From: Fistulifera solaris
Taxonomy: Eukaryota
Assembly (NCBI GenBank): GCA_030295235.1
Contig: AP026124.1
Span: 682,001-746,000, forward strand
Length of the DNA stretch: 64,000 bases
Direction of reading: 5' to 3'
This document shows, one piece after another, positions 35,821-48,966 of this stretch. Each line of letters begins with the position of its first letter. Positions within the stretch are counted from its first letter, which is position 1. Made by a program: the position numbers and the translations under genes. The notes beneath the pieces were generated by a model that did no database searches, had not been told where the DNA came from, and saw only the letters and a list, made by a program, of their open reading frames with translations.

Positions 35821-36576
35821 CTAGAAGCGCACAGATCTAATCTACGCGCTTCGGAATGCAGAAGAAGGTGATGTCAATTAGCTGACGCCCGCAAGGAGTT
35901 ACAAGTCGGCGTTCGAATGCAGTTTGAAGTGTTCAGATCCCTTTTGGAAGGATGTATCACTATACTTTGATTTGAGATGAATTGTCTAAAAATGTCGACG
36001 ATTCAAACAGCATAAGTATAACGTTTACGCAACACAAAGAAAGGACAAGAGAGATAAGGATGAACGATGCGTTTCCTGTCGAGGTCGCGACGTTTTGTTG
36101 TGCATACTACGTATAAAGCTCAGGCCGGCGATCAATTAGACAAAAGTGGACCGCCCGGCGGTCATTGAGCCTTTTATTACATAGGATGTACTTTAATCCG
36201 GGACCAATTTTCTTAAACAAGAACATTTTATAAAACGGCTATTGATCCTACCTACCACAGCAGTCTGCAGTACCTCTGCAGTACCGGTACGAGACGAAAA
36301 AGTATCAGAATGATGCTTTTGGATCTGCACTCCACATCATGGAGTACAGTTCAATACCGTTGAGGACCTCATTTTACATTTAAGGAATTGAGTGCCGCTA
36401 CGCTCATGGTCTTTTAAATCTGGATATTGTTATTATTCCTCCTTGACCTTGACCGCATTGTGAATTGTGAGGCAATAAAAGTTAGTCAGCACGTGTAACA
36501 TATACTCCTTTGGTCAACATCCCAACATTAATCATTGTAATTTACTCACCGGAAAACGCGATCGATAAAGGTTGCA

Positions 36577-39500
36577 ATGACTTCACCAAGAAATAATCTG
36601 GAACATTGTCGTAACGAATATCGAAGAAAAGACAACAGTAATGGAGGGAGAAACGGACGTACCGGGGGCTTTGAGTATGCTGTGCAAAAGGGAGGAATTA
36701 GCTTGGCTGAAAGGCGATGGAGAGAACTTCGCAGGCAGAAGCATTCCTGTTTTTCTCTTTACAAGTCTACGTCAAGATCAAGTGGACGCTACCAGCCGGT
36801 CGTTAACCTTGAAAGCGTGTCGACGTTGATTGAGCAACAAAGAAAAGAACATACTTCCGAGCCTCAATTGGTACCACCACAACCTGCTTTATCCACGTTT
36901 GGCCCGTCATTCATACAAAGCACAGACCAGCAGCACAACCATGTCGTGGGTACTCCGATGAAGCGGATACGAAATCGACACAATGCCGTGTACGGCGAAC
37001 ATCTACCCAATGCTTTCAATTCTCCTTCTTGCGCTGCAAAGGTTTTCGGCAAACAGTCTCTTCAAAATGAAGAAAGTTATGTCTGTCAACATGTGATTTC
37101 CGCTGGTACAGGTCTTCTCAGTGAGTCGAATTTGCTTGTTGGACGAGCGACTACGTCGACAGCGATAGGTATGGATACGAGTTTGGACGATGATGGTGAT
37201 CTTGATGACATCATCGCTAGCATTGACGAGGAGCAGATTATAGCCCAACAGCGCGTTCCGCAAGCAACTAGAGAGCAAAGGAATGACGACTATTCATTTG
37301 ATTATGGTGCTGAATGCCAGGATGAGAATTTCGACACAACGTCACTCTCTCTATCGTCTACTGGTCAGAACGTCAAAGTTCCCTCGAACCGCCCGATGAA
37401 TCCGCCGCAAAATGCAGATGTGCCTGGATTTTCTTCGGCCTCAACACTTGTTGACTCTTATTCTTCGAATAAGCTATTCGCTTCGAAACCTCCACCCAAT
37501 GTTCCTCAATCAATCGATGGCCACAGCAATTTCCCACAATCCAACTCAGGTATCAGTCCTTATCACGAACGTGATCCTTCTCCCAATTTTGGTTCCTTTT
37601 CTAGCCTTGGTCAAGCTCCGCTGTGTCCTGGTCACGGGGTGCCTTGTCGTATCTTTACTGCGAGAAGCAGTAATAACAACGGCAGAGAATTTTACAAGTG
37701 CTCCCTTCCCGACGACCAGACATGCGACTTTTTCCAATGGGTTGACGGAGTTGAGGGAAGCTCTTATCAGGCAGGTGGTAGCATTTCGATTGGGGGTGAA
37801 GTGAAGGATATGTACGCCGAAAATCGACGAAAATTTGGTCACCGTGAGTTCAGACCGGGACAGAAGAATGTCATCGAAAATGCTATTACTGGTCGGGATG
37901 TTTTCGTCCTCATGCCGACTGGAGGAGGGAAGTCCCTTGCTATCAATTGCCCGCATGGTGCTGTCCTGGACTTGCAGTTGTAATCTCGCCACTGTTGTCG
38001 CTTATACAGGATCAAGTCCAATCAATGACTAAGCTTGGTATTGAGTCGGTGTACTTAGCATCGTCGCAAGACTACGAATCAGAACAAGTCGCCATTACAC
38101 GGCGTATCAACGAAACTACTGCGCACGGCGGTGTCAAGCTTTTGTATCTTACTCCCGAAAAGCTGAGTAACTCAACACACATGCAGTCCATGCTTCGGCG
38201 TCTTCATAGCCGCAACCTCATCAGTAGATTTGTGGTCGACGAGGCGCACTGTCTAAGCGACTGGGGTCATGATTTCCGGCCTGACTACAATAAACTGGGA
38301 ATGATCCGCAGCCAGTATCCCGGAGTTCCAATCATGGCATTGACAGCGACAGCAAACGAGAAAGTTGTAAATGATGCTATCCTTGCGCTAGGAATGCAAA
38401 ATGAATACCGTTATGTCTCTTCTTTTAACCGCCCGAATCTGCGATATGAAGTGCGAAAGAAGGATAGCAAAGTCATTGAAGAGATCGCTGATTATATTGC
38501 TGGTCGACCGAACGACTCGGGAGTAGTATATTGCCTCAGCCGAAAGGATTGTGAGAACCTGTCTGAGAAACTCGAAGAGATTGTGCGCAAGAAACCGAAT
38601 TGCCACAGATTGCGTGTTTCATTTTATCACGCAGAATTGGACCCTCGTGAACGCGAGCGTCGTCATCGTGATTGGAGTAACGGTTCCATCAGTGTTCTAT
38701 GCGCGACAGTTGCGTTCGGTATGGGCATTGACAAACCGGACGTTCGGTTTGTTATCCATTATTCAATGCCGAAATCAATCACTCATTATTATCAAGAAAG
38801 CGGAAGATCAGGAAGAGACGGTGATGTGGCTGACTGCATTCTCTATTATTCATACAAAGACATGCGGATTCTCGCCGCCATGATAGAGAAGTCTTCCAGC
38901 GATCCCCACAGCCAAGCTACACGTCGCAAAATTGACCAGTTGCATACATGCGTACGATACTGTGAAAATGACTTTGAATGCAGAAGAACAATGCAATTAG
39001 AGTTTTTCGGTGAAAAGTTTGATAGCTCGAAATGCAAAAAGACTTGTGACAATTGCATCGCAGGAAGGCAACCCGAACAGCGCGACCACACTGCCACTGC
39101 CCGCTCCATTATCCAGTTATTATCGAGCACGCTGAATCAGCGCCGCACCGGCGGAATCACCCTAAATCAACTTTCCGAGCTGTTTCGTGGATCGAAGAGT
39201 AAACAGACGACACGTTTTCTTGATACAGATCGGTTAGCCAATTATGGAGCGGGCTCTAATATCAAAAAAGGTGACCTAGATCGTATCATCCACGCAATGA
39301 TTTTTGAAAGAATACTAATCGAGACAACCGTGCAGAATAAAGGAGGCTTCGCTTCCGACTATGTTTCACTCGGTGAGTATGCTTACCAGATCGAGAATGG
39401 CCAAAAAAAGTTCATTGTAAACTTCCCCCGAAGTGAATCGAATGGTGTTGAAAACAAAGAGAAAGCTAAGAAGAAAAAAAGCGACGAAGACTTTAGCTCT

Positions 39501-40100
39501 CCCAAAATCTAAGAAGCAGGCGAAGAAAGCAATAGCTGCTGTTAGCCGCTCCGTTGTCGTCATCGATTCAGATTCTTCTTCCGAGGAAAGTCTCGAAGCA
39601 TCGTTGTCAAAGAAACAACGAGCTGCTTCAACGTTGCAAGTTGACCACACACAACATTTGGCTGACCGAATTAAGTTGCTGGCACAGAACTGGTCGGAAG
39701 AGGAGCGGATGTGCGGGAAAAATATTTACTATTGGAATATTCTTTCCAACAATACGATGAAAGCGATCGCATCCCGAAGGCCACGTACAGTTGAAGAATT
39801 AAAAGAAGTTGGCGGCCTAGGCGAAAATATCATAAAAGAATACGGAGATCGGATAGTGAAGATAGTCGTTTCGTATATCAACCAGAACGGGCTCGATGAC
39901 ACGAACCGAGCAGCCAAGCGACCTAAAATTCCATCAGATACGCATCGCACAAGCCATATTTCTGCTACAAAAACCTTGCCTCGAACGTAGTGGAAATTTC
40001 GGACAAAGATGACGAATTTGATACTGGAATCGACTACTCAACCATTGAGCTTCCCGAAATCGGCGGTGCAACCAGTTCGTCGAAGTCTCCTTACTTCTAA
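36577..40100 (+). CDS. RECQ: RecQ helicase, BLM/Sgs1-like, with zf-GRF, helicase core, RQC and HRDC domains
   Basis: [73 protein letters not shown]...CDNC, and an HRDC-like segment. Frameshifts near 37937, 39475 and 39970. Confidence 0.96.
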
Positions 40101-40200
40101 TAATATCGATACGATGTATCTTCACAGTACTAGAAGAGACATAGATTATTGTATTATTACACTACTTTGTATTGTTCGCACTTCTTTCTGCGTCCACGTC

Positions 40201-43176
40201 TTAAACACTCTCAAGAAAATCGAACGACCTCTCGAGCCCCTGGATAAGATTGCTTTCCTGAACTGGTCTATGATGCAGGCCTGTCGAATAAGAGTCGGTG
40301 GTCTGTAAGTTATGCTGACTAAAGATGTGAGTCTGTTTACTTTCACTTTTCCTGCTAGCACCACCGCCATGCAGGCGACACAGTTGTCTTTTTCCAATAG
40401 CAACGCGATTGCAACCCTCTAATTTGCAACGGACACCGCCTCCATGAGCGGCGCAAAAACTTGTCCGACCCCGAGCTACTTTATCACAATCTGCTTGAGC
40501 ACACTTCTTACCACCGCCATGCTTCACACAAAATTCGGTCGAAGACTGCGCAGATTTATCGCAACCTTCGACAGAACAACGCCTTCCTCCACCATGAGCT
40601 GTGCATAGCTTCGATCCTCCTACAGCCGACTTGGAACAACCATCATGAATACAACGTTTTCCACCGCCATGCGCTGCACAGAAGAATTTATCACGTGCTC
40701 CCTTGTCACACCCTTGGAAAGTGCATCTCCGTCCTCCTCCGTGGGCGATGCAGAAGCGCGTGGATCCTTGGGCACACTTAGAACAGCCTTCATGCTCACA
40801 AAGACGAGTCCCGCTATGTTTCATACAATGAGGTCTTCGGGGAACAGCGACCTCAGAACAACCTTGTATGCGACACATCTTTGCCGAATACTCGGGAATC
40901 ATCACCGGTGAGCAATATTGACTGCTTAATGCAAGGTTGTTTACTTGGGGATACACCAAAGGCCCCGATTCAAAATCTTGAGATTGTTCCGAACCAAGCG
41001 ACTGTGTCGCAGTCGACAAGGACGCTGAACGTTGATACGTATTGGCGTTCATTGCTGAAAAGTCTTGACGGTTGACCTGTGGGCTGCGCTTGCCAGGGAG
41101 CGACTCCACCGCACTGACTACTTTAGACGGCAAACGGTTGGGTTGGGACAAAGGAGCAGGGACACGGTTCGAAACATGCGCACGTTTTGTTCCCTCCACA
41201 TTTGTATACATGTGCTCGAAAGGAACAGCTGACCTGATAGACAGCAATGCATCCGAGACATGCTCATGAACTGTAACATTGATTGGATTGGGATTCAAGT
41301 CCTCTTCCGTGAACCCTAAAATTTTCATTTGAACAGTTAAAGGATAGTTTTGGTCGTCGTTGGCTTCAAACTGACGTTCGAAAGTCGCTATGGAATTGTG
41401 CGGGCGCTTCTTAGACATAAAATGATGCTGCATCTCGATATCCGCAGCCATCTCACCCAGATCTGCCGGTGCAACTCCATTCCAAATGGTCTTATCAACA
41501 CTTTCATGAGGTTCGACCTTATCGAGGCCATCCCAGAGAAGGCGTAGAGCCTGCTGCACGAATTTCAAAACAAATGGCACAGATGCAGATTTTACTAACG
41601 AGTAGCACACCACTACACAAGATGGAGTCTTTCTTTTCCTGCAAAGACGGGAACGGCGAGGACGGTCTGAATTTTCGAGAAGACAAAGGCATCCGCGCGC
41701 ATCGGGTCCGCGAATACATTAGGGTTGGCAGTCCAAACCGGATTCCCAGAAGCAAAAGCTCTTCCCACGGCCCCTGTCCAATGCTTAATCAGCTTGTTTG
41801 CAGAGCACTTCCTAAACTCGTTCAGCAACTCATTTGTTTCCGTACACGTCGCTGACATGCAGAGACTGAGACTATCGCCATGATTACTGTCCGGTACCCA
41901 CACTTCAGCAAGGTCAAATACCGACATGCCAAGAAAGGCGTGACAGAACTCTTCGAGTCTTTGAATTCGAGAAGGTTGAAGCAATGAGATATCGTCCCCT
42001 ATATACCCCGAATCCCTTTGCTGCGTATCGCGATCACTGATATCAAAGATGCTGGTATATTCCGTGTCTTCTGCTATGTTTGTAGTCGGCTTGTCCATGA
42101 TAGTAGTCCAAACACCATAGGTTGCTTCATCAAAAGCATCGATTGACTCGTCAGCGACCGTCCCACCGATTTCAGCAAAGGACGGTAACATCGGAATACC
42201 GAAATCGTCTTTCGGTGCAGATTGTAAGTCATGATCATAGCTTAGGTCTGGCTCATATCTTGAAACAGCCCCAGATCTCCTATCGATATCAGTAATTGAT
42301 ACAAATCGAGCGTTGACACCATCGCCTAACAAATTTTGACCAGCGTTCCGCCCCAACGCCACAACTGCTTGCTGATTGACCGTACTTGGGCCGATTTGTC
42401 GCATGCCTGTTTGCACCGGATCAAATGCAGGAAGTAAACAAGGGATCGATGTTGTTGCCGCACTCTGACTTAGTGACCGTAGAAAATCAAGCGAATCCTC
42501 CGTACTCTGAATATTGTTGGGGGAAAACATAACCACAACGCACATGTTTCCATTCGCATCAACTGCCACAGGCATCCCCACAGCTGTTTGTAAAACGACG
42601 TCTGACCGTCCCGTCAGTCCTTCCTGTTTCTTTGTGGTAGCCCATACGACTTGCGCCGTGGAAGAGATAGCATTTACGAGTCGAGGCGATAAGACGTGCT
42701 CCGAAACCTCTGCTTCACTGTCGTTTTTATCATTCCACGAATGATCAGGAGGGTTGATCAACTCCGCCCGGTGACTTTCAAAGTTCTTTGACGTATACAA
42801 TTGCACGAAGCGTAGCTGCCTTCTTCCTTGACTTCTTGCCAAAGCACTATCTTGATCCTCTACATTCATTATTCATTCAACAGAGAAAAAAAACAAGTAA
42901 GAATGCAATGTCTGAGTAGAAGATTCAGCCAATCAGAACACTTGAATCAGTACCGGATAGCGAAAATTTGTCGTAGCACTTAACGAAACACTAAACAAGC
43001 AACAAGCTCCCCCTCTTCCGACAATTATCCGGAAGAACGACGATGAAGAAGAACTCACCGATTGCGGCAACCGTGGAAGATCCGTTTTCGCTGGATGTCC
43101 ACCATACCTCTCCTACATCAAAACCGAGGCCCGCGCAAGCAGCTTGTAAATATGCTCTTACACGTTCCGGATCCAT
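40201..43176 (-). CDS. Protein with two GAF-like segments and seven C-x4-C...C-x2-HGGG repeats (WRKY19-like zinc fingers)
   Basis: Exon 1 MDPERVRAYLQAACAGLGFDVGEVWW, intron ~42860-43058, ORF 41613-42869 (FDLAEVWVP, GAVGRAFASGNPVW, TVLAVPVF), frameshift near 41632, repeats at 40360-40875. Confidence 0.85.
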
Positions 43177-43710
43177 GTTCCGGTTCGATAATTTTATCTG
43201 TTGATGGGGAGGCGAAAACAAAAGAACTGTGTTCGCAAGCGTTCGGACTGGCGTAGGTCTGAATTTGGGGGGAGACCGTGGACGACGGTGGAGTGGGACT
43301 CCTCGGTCAGCTGGTCAAAAATTTCTGCCACGTGCGAGTACTTTCGGCGTGACAGCCACCCAAACATTGTCGGAATTCGTAAATCTCATAAGAAGGAGGT
43401 GCCCTTTTCGGAAAGGACGGTAAAATTCTGTCTCCAGTACAAGATTCTACTTAGCGTCCACGATGAGGCAGAAGTTTAACGCCGTTTCCTGTGTTGGATG
43501 AGTACCGTACAGACAGCCGTAGATTTCCACGTAAAACTAATTCTTGGTTCGAGTCCCTAATTCTATTGACTCCGTTGAATTCTACCTAAGATATTGAGGA
43601 CAAAAGCAAAGAGAAAGCCCTAACTTCAGAATCATTCCGTCATCTGAATAAGAAATAGTGGAATCTTTACAAATTTGGAGCAAAAAGTGTCTATAAATTA
43701 AAACGATTCA

Positions 43711-46700
43711 TCAATTCGTCGGTTGTTGCAAAGCTGATATCTGCTCTTCAACTATGTTCCGAGCCATACCAACAGGTAAGGCAAAGTGATCCTCTTCCAT
43801 TTCGAAGCCGCCACCCCAACTCATTAGGCCATCCACAAGGCTTTGCATTGAAGCGCTCATTGCGCCACCTTCTCCTCTATTCTTCTCTTCTCTGTCTTGC
43901 TCAAAGTCTGGAACATCGTGGATGCCGGCTTCTTGGTTTGTCTCATCAAAAATGGGGGATGCAGTTACAAGCGGCAAGAACGAGTCATTGCTTGATACAG
44001 CATCAATGTTACCTACGTTAGCGTCGGCTTTTACTGACAAAACTTTGTGATCGACAGCAACTATTGTTTGAGACGACATATCTTCCCTTAGGGCAGATGG
44101 ATTTTCAAATATTCGTACAGAGACCTCGTCATAGTCATTCCCAGCATTGGAACTTCTAGATGGAGAACCTTGGCTGTTGTGATCAGGCAACGGGGACGCC
44201 GCGACCGTGCTCTCCTTCATCGATGGAATGACCGGGGATACTATAAACCCATCCCGTAGGGTCGACCATGCATCAACAGATCTTCGCGCCGCTTCATGCT
44301 GAAGTTTGGCATATGATAGACAAGCGTAGAGCATTTCCCTTTACGGTGAATATTCCAACATTTTACATCATGAGCGAGCGCGAGCGCTGCTCGTCGTTTT
44401 ACCGAATTAGCTTCGTGTTCAATGACGGCGGCATGAATAGCATGACTCTGAGATATAGACGCTCTTGTCTGCGCAGCTCTTGCCTCGTCTATGGACGAAA
44501 ACTCTCCGTTCTCACACACGGATTGAGCAGAGAAGGCAGCGGCACTGGCGGCTGCTTTTGCACTGGAGGCGGTCTTCGATGCGCGAACCGCCTTACGGAC
44601 ATCTTCAGCTGCTACCACGGCCGAAGCAGCAAGCGAAGCCTGCCACGAGAGGTCTGTAATATACAAAATTAGAGCCGAGTCAAAGGGTTGTTCATGTTGA
44701 AACGAAAGGGCAGTCACCCTACGTACCATCAATGAACGCAAGATCGCTCTCCTCATAGACCTCTCGGCTCTGACCAATACCAGGGACGCTCTTCATTAAA
44801 GATCTCTGAGAAACAAAACGACCTCTCATTCCTTCCCACGAATCGAAACCTCCAACGATCTCTAAATGTTTCAACTGTCTTTCTTTTTGGGCTTTTCCAA
44901 TTCTCCCGACGCTTACCAAGCAGCGTGTCAGAGTACTATCGACAGAACCAATTACTTCACGGAGTTTGTCGATATTTTCATCGACGGATATGTCACCAAG
45001 AAAGGCCGAAGCGCCATCATCATCGTTGTGAGCCTCCAAAGCAAAGCCCCTTTCATCAAATCCCGTCCCGTAGTGAAAGCGTTCTTCTTTCCCTGTGTTC
45101 GTTAGAACTTGACCGTGTCTGCTTCCAGCTGAAAGTATTCGACGCTCTGGGGCAGGCACGGGGAGCGGCAATAAGTCATAGCCATCTTCACCGTCAACGT
45201 TAATGACGCCATCTTCAAAATCATTACCGGTACATGAAGATAAAGGGAACGAACTATCTTCGAATGAGGAGTGAGCTAGTTGTTGAGCAAAGGTTTCATC
45301 CTCTTCGCGACCAATACCTCTTCCAAATGTCGGCAAAGAGGCGTGCTGGAGCTTTGCACTAGCTGACTGAAGGCCTGTTGTTTCCAACATTCCATGTACT
45401 TTCAAAGCCATTGCAGCCTGAGCAGCGGTCCTCACCCATGCAAAATTGGACAGCTCGGGCGAAACGCACGTCCACGCCATCGACTTGTCGTCGCCGCCTA
45501 CTTTGGGCGCATGATGACTCCCTCTCCTTTGTAAGTCGATGACACTCCGCAAGAGCAACCTTCGCCGCTTCTAAACCAGACTGGCTTGCCTGGAAAGACC
45601 AAATGTGAGCCAGAGTCGTGTTTCATGAAAAAATTTTCCGAATGCAGCAACTTACTTGTAAGATAGTGTTCAAAGGAAAAGACGTTGATAGCGCTGGATG
45701 TTCCAACAAGAAATTCAGGTATCGTTCAAGTTGACGTCCCTTGAACACCGGTGAATTAGGATTGTAGTAGCTTTCAGGAATAGACGTCGAAATAATGGTC
45801 GCGTTCTTCTTCGTAGACTTCTTGCGTGAGACGGTCTGACCAGGCTTTTCATCATGCATAATTGGCTTTGCATTTGGCAACGACGATGCATTTGACTCAC
45901 TAAATGAGCCAAATAATGACTTGGCGACATCACGGACAATGCCGACGCTAGCAGCGGCAGCGTTAATTGCACCACCCGTTTTCTTTATCGACGCATTGAT
46001 TACCGAATCTTCTTTCTGAAAATGCGATGCAAGGCTGCCACTAGTGGTCTGTGAACCGCCTGGAAAAGGAGGAAGAATTCTACCACACAGTGTTCCGCCT
46101 AAGACTTTGTGCGAAGCAAATGTGTCGTCAAGCCACTTCAAATCCTCCATCGAGCGTCTTACTACCACCTCGTCGTGCGTTGTGTCCGATTGTTTTATGA
46201 ACCCAAGGGCGAATTCCAAAGCTTTTTGTTGAAGGGGGTTTCCCAACACTGGTCGGAAGAAATGTGGTTGGGTACGGAGTACCGAAAAGGGATACCTTGA
46301 CACGACCACTTGTTCTGTAAGTCGCTTGATGTTTCGCAAGGTCATGAGCTGCCACAAGACTATGATCGAGATCCAATTCCGGCAATGGCAGAGGAGTTTT
46401 GTTCATTCGTTCGTAGTCCGCTAATTGCGCAACGGATAAAGGGACCGGAGGATCAGCAGGCGGGACATCGATCATAACGACTTCGCTGCCGCGAGGCGCA
46501 TTACGATGTCGCATAGTTTGTTGCAAGTGCCGAGCGGAGAACCTTCGTTTTGCCTCCAGATACTGTGCCAGAGCGACCATGCGACAAAAGACGAGCCACC
46601 CCTCAATTCCGATAGTTTCATGTTCTTCTCCTCTGGATAAATCAAGACCACATTCACTTGAATTGCAAGCCGACTGCACGACTGCTTGCCATATTTCATA

Positions 46701-47017
46701 AAATGTCATACTGCCTCTGTTCTTCGTCTCTCCCATCAACTCCAGCCGACGCAAGTCATCATCTCGTCTCCAGAATACAGGACACCGCAATAGAGCGAAC
46801 TCACGAACGCTCTCTCGAGTGACCCATCCCCGGTTTTCGGTATCCACAATAGCAAATAAGTTCTGAGCAAACTCCAAATCGCGTCGACAAAGACGAGACG
46901 ATGAAAGCTATCCATTTCCGGAACTCGAATAAGAATAACGTACGGAGAGTCTAGGCTTTCATTTTCTCGGACTAACTGTCCGCGATGAGGCAAATAGCGA
47001 GTAGATTCAGCCGTCAT
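43711..47017 (-). CDS. PX-domain (sorting nexin-like) protein with EF-hand-like N-terminus and helical C-terminus
   Basis: VVRRSMEDLKWL...ILPPFP...RQLERYLNFLLEHPAL (PX). LFAIVDTENRGWVTRE (EF-hand-like). Introns ~45590-45655 and ~44655-44723 plus frameshifts. Confidence 0.75.
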
Positions 47018-47765
47018 TGATCGTGATTGCAACAGTCTGTCAAGCGGCGATATTATCTTGCTTCGAGTTCTTCAACTTGCAATACGCAAACTCTGTATGA
47101 ATCAAATGCACCTTCGTGCATCAAACTAGTCAAACAAATCACAATTCGATTTCTCGATATTTCAGCGTTGACGATAATAGTAAAATGTTCCGTGATGGGT
47201 AGAGGAGCCGCACGTCACAGATTTGGACGCTTGCGAAGAAACTGTGAGCCACTTGATCGAAACGAAAAAGTCACACTCAGCCAATAATTGAATATATCCT
47301 TCTGATATAGATTTGAAGCAACTCGTATTCAACAAGGCGATACCAGATATGATCACTCCATTTGTTTCATCCAACGTCTTTTGTCAGAGAGAACTTGACC
47401 GTGAAGTTCGTTCGAAGTTCGAAATGGGTTCTGTCGTGTGTTGTTGTCATTCCGCGCGTGAGTTCTGCAACTACCTTGAATCTTTGAAGACTCGTGACTC
47501 TAACTATCGAGTTCATACTCGAGAAGTTCTGACGTTTGATTTTTGAGTCCCTTACGAGATCCTTTGAAGAAATAATGATCTGTCCTAGCGTCACTCCGCC
47601 GAAACGCCACACACAAGAATTGCAATGCACTCAATACCAGTACCTTGGTAACGATCCTCAAGCTTTTTATCACCCTTAATTTGTTTCTCATCCCATCCGT
47701 CTTTTTTTGTATTTTTAAGAATCTATTTGTGTAATTGAAAAACCAAGCTGTTTGTTGTATCAAAA

Positions 47766-48966
47766 ATGGAGAATCTAATGCATAAAATTCAGAGCGCTAT
47801 TCAAACGAATGACTTCGCCACCATCGCGTCCGTCTTTACCGGATTCGGTCCCGATTCGTGGCAGAATGTCGGGCAGGGTGAGCAGCGATCGTTAGCCTCC
47901 GACTTTATCTGCCAAACGGTAGCAAATCCGAACTTTTTGGAGCAAGCAGTGAAACATCCCGAAATGGAGCAAACCTTTTTGGAAGCGCTGGGTCATCTCC
48001 CCGCGACTGTCCCGAATGCCGCCGATAACACACTGCGTCAAGCGTTGTTTGATGCTAAAGTCAATGACGACGATGCAGATTACTCCGGTGCTGCTCGAAT
48101 TCTTGGTGGAATGCGCATGGAAGATGATACGAATTCAGTGTATTATGCTTCAAAAGTAGCCAAGGCGGAAATCTATGTGAAAATTGCCGAATGCTTTTTG
48201 GCCGAGGATGAGATTGCGGAGTCCGATTCTGCCGTCAGTAAAGCCGGAAGTGCGGTCGAATCCATGGCGACAGAAGAAAAAAGAAGGACAAAGTGCGCTA
48301 CTTTTGCGCTACAAGAGCACTACGGCTCGTGTACTCGATGCCAACCGGAAGTTTCTGCAAGCAGCCTCACGCTATCATGAACTCAGTCAATCATCGTCCG
48401 ATCTCCTCGACGCGGAAGAATTGCTACATTTTTTAGGACGCGCCACGACATGCGCTATTCTGGCGCCGAGTGGTGGGCAAAGACAACGAATTCTAGGACA
48501 CCTGTACAGGGACGAGCGCCTATCGGAGCTCGATCGTCTTTCTGAATTCTGTACGCACGCAAAGATTGTACGCAAAATGTACCGCCACCAAATCTTGCAA
48601 GCTTCTGAATTAAAGCAATTGGAAGAATCATTGAATCCGCATCAGAAAGCGATCATGGGCGACGGCTTGAGTATTTTGGAACGCGGCGTTGTTGAGCACA
48701 ACATGGTTGCGGTTAGCAAGACATACCGCTCAATCCATATTACCACTCTGGCTAAAATTTTGAATGTCGATGAGCGCCGAGCGGAGAAACTTGCTGCTAG
48801 TATGATTCTAGAGGGTTGTCTGCATGGCTCAATGGACCAGGTGAACGGGCTACTAGAGTTCGACGCAGAAGAGCCCCCTGAAGTAGCATGGGACCGTTCG
48901 CTGATGAACTTCTGCTCGGAACTGAATCGTGTTACTGATGCCATCAAAGTCCGCGCTACTAGGTAG
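47766..48966 (+). CDS. CSN4: COP9 signalosome subunit 4
   Basis: IYVKIAECFL, ARVLDANRKFLQAASRY, CAILAPSGGQRQRILGHLYRDER, PHQKA, LERGVVEHN, PCI domain. Frameshift in the A-run near 48280. Confidence 0.93.

Noticed and set aside
43545..43557. tRNA (GGTTCGAGTCC B-box)
   Set aside because: The flanks do not form a T stem, and no acceptor, D or anticodon arms are present.
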